A stretch of 64,000 nucleotides of DNA. Origin: Candidatus Brocadiia bacterium (GTDB lineage Bacteria; Planctomycetota; Brocadiia; SM23-32). The stretch covers positions 1-64,000 of the forward strand of contig JBKHIT010000007.1 of assembly GCA_046538485.1 (NCBI GenBank), written 5' to 3'. The translations under genes and the position numbers were made by a program. The notes under the pieces were generated by a model. It was not told the DNA's origin, ran no database searches, and was given only the letters and a program-made list of their open reading frames with translations. This document shows positions 59,945 to 64,000 of the stretch, one piece after another (the first letter of the stretch is position 1; every line of letters begins with the position of its first letter).

Positions 59945-61561
59945 TCATTTCACGCTGCCTTCCACGTTTTGTTCCTCATCCTCGTCGACATCGGTCACCA
60001 TCGTTTCGGTGGTAAGCATGAGGCCGGCAACGCTTGCCGCGCTCTGAAGCGCAATTCTTACGACCTTTGTGGGGTCGATGATCCCGGCTTCGAACATATC
60101 GACGTATTCGCCGGTATTTGCATCGAAACCGGTTTTCTTGTCGCGGTTGAGTATTTCAGTGATCACAACGGCACCGTTATGTCCGGTATTTGCCGCGATC
60201 GTGGTGCTCGGGGCGTCGAGCGCTCGTGCGATGATGTCAGCGCCCATTTTTTCATCTCCCCGCTGGCGGTCACGGCGTTTCATCACGGCGTCTTTGCATC
60301 GTAGAAGGGCGCAACCTCCGCCCACAACGATGCCTTCTGCGGCGGCCGCTCGCGTTGCGTGAAGGGCGTCTTCTACCCGCGCCTTTTTCTCGTTCATCTC
60401 GGCTTCCGTCGCGGCACCGACGTTAACCACGGCCACTCCGCCACTGAGCCGGGCAAGACGTTCCTCGAGTTTTTCACGATCGTAGTCGCTTGTTGTTTCG
60501 TCGATCTGACGTCGGATCTGGTCGATCCGCGCCTTGACATCTTTTTTGTTCCCTGCGCCGCCTACAATCGTGGTGTCGTCCTGGTTGATGGTGATACGTT
60601 CGGCTTTGCCCAGATCATCGAGCTGGACCTTTTCAAGGTCGATACCTATATCCTCGCTGATGAAGCGTCCGCCGGTGAGGACCGCCAGGTCGCCGAGCAT
60701 GGCTTTTCTTCGATCGCCGAACCCCGGTGCTTTGACGGCGCAACACTGGATGGTTCCGCGGAGTTTATTCACGACGAGTGCGGCAAGAGCTTCACCTTCA
60801 ACGTCTTCGGCAATAATCAACAGCGGTTTTCCGGCGGTGGCAACGCTTTCAAGAATCGGTACCATGTCGGCGACGTTGCTGATTTTCTTTTCGTGTATGA
60901 GAATATAAGCCTCTTCAAGTTCGACTTCCATCTCCGCCGAATTGGTCACAAAGTACGGTGAGAGGTAACCTTTATCGAACTGCATTCCTTCAACGAAATC
61001 CAGTTCGGTCTGGGTCGATCGCCCTTCCTCGACTGTGATAACGCCATCTTTGCCGACTTTATCGACGGCATCGGCGAGCAGTTCTCCGATGGTCGGGTCG
61101 TTATTGGCACTGATGGTACCAACCTGGGCGATTTCTTCCTTGCTTTTGACCTGTTTACTTTGATCCTGTAGTTCTTTAACGACGGCGTCAGCAGCGTCGT
61201 CAATTCCTCGTTTCACGGCCATAGGATTTGCGCCGGCTGCGACTGCTTTCAATCCTTCACGGTAAATGAGTTCTGCCAGAACGGTTGCAGTAGTAGTTCC
61301 GTCTCCAGCCTCGTCGCTGGTGCGGGTCGCTACTTCGTTCACCATTTTGGCGCCCATGTTCTCGAATTTGCCTTCCAGCTCTATCTCTTTGGAGACGGTG
61401 ACACCGTCTTTGGTGACATTGGGGCTTCCGTAACTTTTCTGCAGGATGACGTTGCGGCCCGTTGGACCCATCGTAACTCGCACGGCATCGGCGAGTTTTT
61501 GGATCCCGTTTAGCATTTGTTTACGGGCATCGTCGCTGTAAATTAATTGTTTGGCCGCCAT
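59945..61561 (-). CDS. groEL: Chaperonin GroEL (acidic tail, no GGM repeats)
   Basis: [33 protein letters not shown]. Confidence 0.97.
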   Translation of the reverse strand: MAAKQLIYSDDARKQMLNGIQKLADAVRVTMGPTGRNVILQKSYGSPNVTKDGVTVSKEIELEGKFENMGAKMVNEVATRTSDEAGDGTTTATVLAELIYREGLKAVAAGANPMAVKRGIDDAADAVVKELQDQSKQVKSKEEIAQVGTISANNDPTIGELLADAVDKVGKDGVITVEEGRSTQTELDFVEGMQFDKGYLSPYFVTNSAEMEVELEEAYILIHEKKISNVADMVPILESVATAGKPLLIIAEDVEGEALAALVVNKLRGTIQCCAVKAPGFGDRRKAMLGDLAVLTGGRFISEDIGIDLEKVQLDDLGKAERITINQDDTTIVGGAGNKKDVKARIDQIRRQIDETTSDYDREKLEERLARLSGGVAVVNVGAATEAEMNEKKARVEDALHATRAAAAEGIVVGGGCALLRCKDAVMKRRDRQRGDEKMGADIIARALDAPSTTIAANTGHNGAVVITEILNRDKKTGFDANTGEYVDMFEAGIIDPTKVVRIALQSAASVAGLMLTTETMVTDVDEDEEQNVEGSVK

Positions 61562-61620
61562 ATTCTTTTTTTACCTCCTGAAGGCGATAGGTATGATGTT
61601 GCCAAATTTTCTAAGGGAAT

Positions 61621-61929
61621 TTATTCTTCCAGGATAGCGAGCAAGTCTGTTTCGCTCATGATTTTGACGTCTTTCTCACCAACCTGTACATCGGTTCCGC
61701 TGAACTTTCCAAAGATCACGACATCTCCAACCGAAACGTTCAATCCGGCCCGTTCTCCGTCCTCGAGCAGTTGTCCCGGTCCGGCAGCGATAATCTTGCC
61801 CTTTTGCGATTTTTCCTTTGCCGAATCGGGAAGGAATATTCCTCCAGCTGTTTTGTCTTCGCTCTCAATCGGTTCCACAACCACTCGATCGTCCAGGGGC
61901 CTGATCTGAATGTCTTGCTTTTTAGCCAT
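61621..61929 (-). CDS. groES: Co-chaperonin GroES
   Basis: PLDDRVVV, TAGGIFLPD, AKEK. Confidence 0.97.
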   Translation of the reverse strand: MAKKQDIQIRPLDDRVVVEPIESEDKTAGGIFLPDSAKEKSQKGKIIAAGPGQLLEDGERAGLNVSVGDVVIFGKFSGTDVQVGEKDVKIMSETDLLAILEE

Positions 61930-61975
61930 TTGTTTTAAAGACCTCCGTCAGGAAATATTTTTTAAGATGATTTGG

Positions 61976-62000
61976 AGGGCCGGGCTTCGGCCCGGCCTTT
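61976..62000. other. GC-rich intercistronic hairpin
   Basis: ggccgggc-ttcg-gcccggcc between groEL and groES. Confidence 0.55.
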
Positions 62001-62019
62001 GGGTGATTTGGCATTACCT

Positions 62020-63744
62020 TTACATGCCGGGCATACCTCCGCCCATACCACCCATGCCACCCATACCGCCCATACCGCCCATGCCACCCATGCCGCCAGG
62101 AGCAGCTCCGCCCATGCCGGGAGCACCGCCTGGGCCGCCAGGACCGCCAGGCATCTCTTCTTCTTTTCCGGGCAATTCGGTGATAAGACATTCGGTAGTG
62201 AGCAAAACGCCGGCCACACTGACGGCGTTCTGAAGAGCGGAGCGGATGACTTTTGTCGCGTCAATTACTCCGGATTTTACAAGGTCGCAAAACTCCAGTT
62301 TTTGGGCATCAAAGCCAAAAGAATAATTGTCTTCTGAAAGGATTTTTTGGACGACGACCTCGCCTTCTTCTCCGGCGTTGCTGGCTATCGAGCTGGCCGG
62401 TGCGGCCAGAGCCTTCTTCAGAACTTCGATAGCGGCCGATTCTTCGCCGGGCAACTCAAGGTTTTCCAGGACAGAGGATGCTCTCAGTAGCGCAACACCA
62501 CCGCCGGGCAGGATGCCTTCTTCTGCTGCGGCCTGGGTAGCGTTAAGCGCATCTTCAACACGAGCTTTCTTTTCTTTCATCTCGGTTTCACTCACGGCGC
62601 CCACGTTAATCTGGGCGACTCCGCCTCCGAGTTTTGCCAATCTTTCCTCGAGTTTCTCGCAATCATAATCGCTTGTAGTTTGCTCGATTTCGCGTTCGAT
62701 CTGTGTGCAGCGGGCTTCAATTTCGGATTCCGAGCCAGCCCCACCGACAATAATGGTATCGTCGTCGGTAACGGTAACCTTTTCCGCCCGCCCGAGGTCG
62801 TTGATATCCACGTTTTCAATTTTAATCCCCAATGATTCAAAAATAGGACGAGCGCCCGTCAGGATGGCGATATCTTCCATTATCGACTTCCGGCGATCGC
62901 CATATCCCGGGGCTTTGACCGCACAGCAATCGACCACACCGCGCATTTTATTCACCACGAGAGTGGCGAGGGCTTCATCTTCAACGTCTTCACTGATGAT
63001 CAAAACGGGTTTGTCCTGTTGGCTGAGTCGTTCGAGGAATTCGACAAGCCCGGAAGCCGAGCTGAGTTTTTCCTCAAATACCAGCACCAGACAGTCTTCA
63101 AGGACGCATTCCATCCTGTCCTCGTCGGTTATGAACTGAGGTGAAAGGTAGCCCCTATTGAACTGCATACCTTCCACGACATCGACATAGCTGTCGAGGG
63201 CCCGTCCTTCTTCGACGGTTACGACCCCGGTTCGACCGACCTGGTCCATGGCATCGGCGATCATCTGACCAATTTCGGCGTTGTTATTGGCCGCGATACT
63301 GGCGATAGCCTGAATATCATCGCTGTCGCCGACCGGTTTGCTTTGTTGCTTGAGTTCTTCGACGACGGCGTCAGCCGCTTTCTGCAGGCCACGGCGCAAC
63401 GACATGGGGTCAATGCCGCTGACCACCCGTTTCATGCCTTCTGTGGCGATGGCTTCGGCGAGCACAGTTGCCGTTGTGGTGCCGTCTCCCGCATCATCGC
63501 CCGTCTTGGATGCTGCTTCTCGGGTGAGACGCGCTCCAAGATTCTCTTCTTTATCGGTCAATTCGATATCTTCCGCAACGGTAACCCCGTCTTTTGTGAC
63601 TTTCGGGCTTCCGTAACTCTTATCAAGCACGGCGGTACGGCCGCGCGGACCAAGCGTCGACTTCACGGCCCGGGCAAGTTTCTGGACTCCCTCCAGTATT
63701 TTCTCGCGGGCCTGCCGTTCATAAACTAGTTGCTTCGCTGGCAT
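62020..63744 (-). CDS. groEL: Chaperonin GroEL (long GGM tail)
   Basis: ATG 63744 after ggagga; [25 protein letters not shown]-terminal GGM repeats. Confidence 0.97.
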   Translation of the reverse strand: MPAKQLVYERQAREKILEGVQKLARAVKSTLGPRGRTAVLDKSYGSPKVTKDGVTVAEDIELTDKEENLGARLTREAASKTGDDAGDGTTTATVLAEAIATEGMKRVVSGIDPMSLRRGLQKAADAVVEELKQQSKPVGDSDDIQAIASIAANNNAEIGQMIADAMDQVGRTGVVTVEEGRALDSYVDVVEGMQFNRGYLSPQFITDEDRMECVLEDCLVLVFEEKLSSASGLVEFLERLSQQDKPVLIISEDVEDEALATLVVNKMRGVVDCCAVKAPGYGDRRKSIMEDIAILTGARPIFESLGIKIENVDINDLGRAEKVTVTDDDTIIVGGAGSESEIEARCTQIEREIEQTTSDYDCEKLEERLAKLGGGVAQINVGAVSETEMKEKKARVEDALNATQAAAEEGILPGGGVALLRASSVLENLELPGEESAAIEVLKKALAAPASSIASNAGEEGEVVVQKILSEDNYSFGFDAQKLEFCDLVKSGVIDATKVIRSALQNAVSVAGVLLTTECLITELPGKEEEMPGGPGGPGGAPGMGGAAPGGMGGMGGMGGMGGMGGMGGGMPGM

Positions 63745-63828
63745 CCTCGTAATCCTCCAAGATTTCAAGTGGATGCGAAAAGTTTTGAAAACACACTTAT
63801 TCCGCAACGCTGGAACCAAATTATAGGC

Positions 63829-63844
63829 GCAAACTCTGTGCCAA
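63829..63844 (-). promoter_or_regulatory. Sigma-54 (-24/-12) promoter
   Basis: TTGGCAC-AGAGT-TTGC on the minus strand, ~85 bp upstream of groEL. Confidence 0.7.
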
Positions 63845-64000
63845 TAAATTTAAATTCGGATCTCCTTCGGTGCCTGCGACTCCGAAACCCACCGATACCG
63901 TGACCTGGTTTTGCTGAAAGCATCTGAACATTGTCGTTTCCGCCCGTGTGCCCGGTTCCGGGACGCTGGAGCTACTGTCAATCCGACAGAACAAAGGCCT

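Noticed and set aside
62020..62150. 9-bp tandem repeats
   Set aside because: They encode the GGM tail of GroEL

Overview
Bacterial chromosome segment, most likely from Planctomycetota/PVC. This is inferred from DUF1559-type prepilins, a groEL-groES-groEL-dnaJ-grpE-yacG operon and a Tad cluster; many proteins are acidic. The most striking element is at 61-2645: two diverged (~84% aa identical) stand-alone HUH/Y1 (IS200/RAYT-like) nuclease genes with no tnpB, embedded in a regular array of alternating, inverted ~100-110 bp composite palindromic units (A/B). The units are built from a CTCA-foot hairpin, and the B-to-A spacers are a nearly fixed 38-41 nt, giving a REPtron/BIME-like system. Next come polysaccharide genes with a CTAG-flanked MITE, carbohydrate-active and secreted proteins, tRNA-Lys(UUU), metabolic genes and murD. 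An unusual tad cluster encodes a double-ATPase CpaF and a CpaB-WD40 fusion. After housekeeping genes there is a module of two giant FlgD/NHL/CBM9-like proteins around a DUF1559 prepilin, then a PP2C-RsbW/STAS partner-switch pair. The chaperone operon at the end has a sigma-54-type promoter. All functional calls come from visual motif recognition, not database searches.
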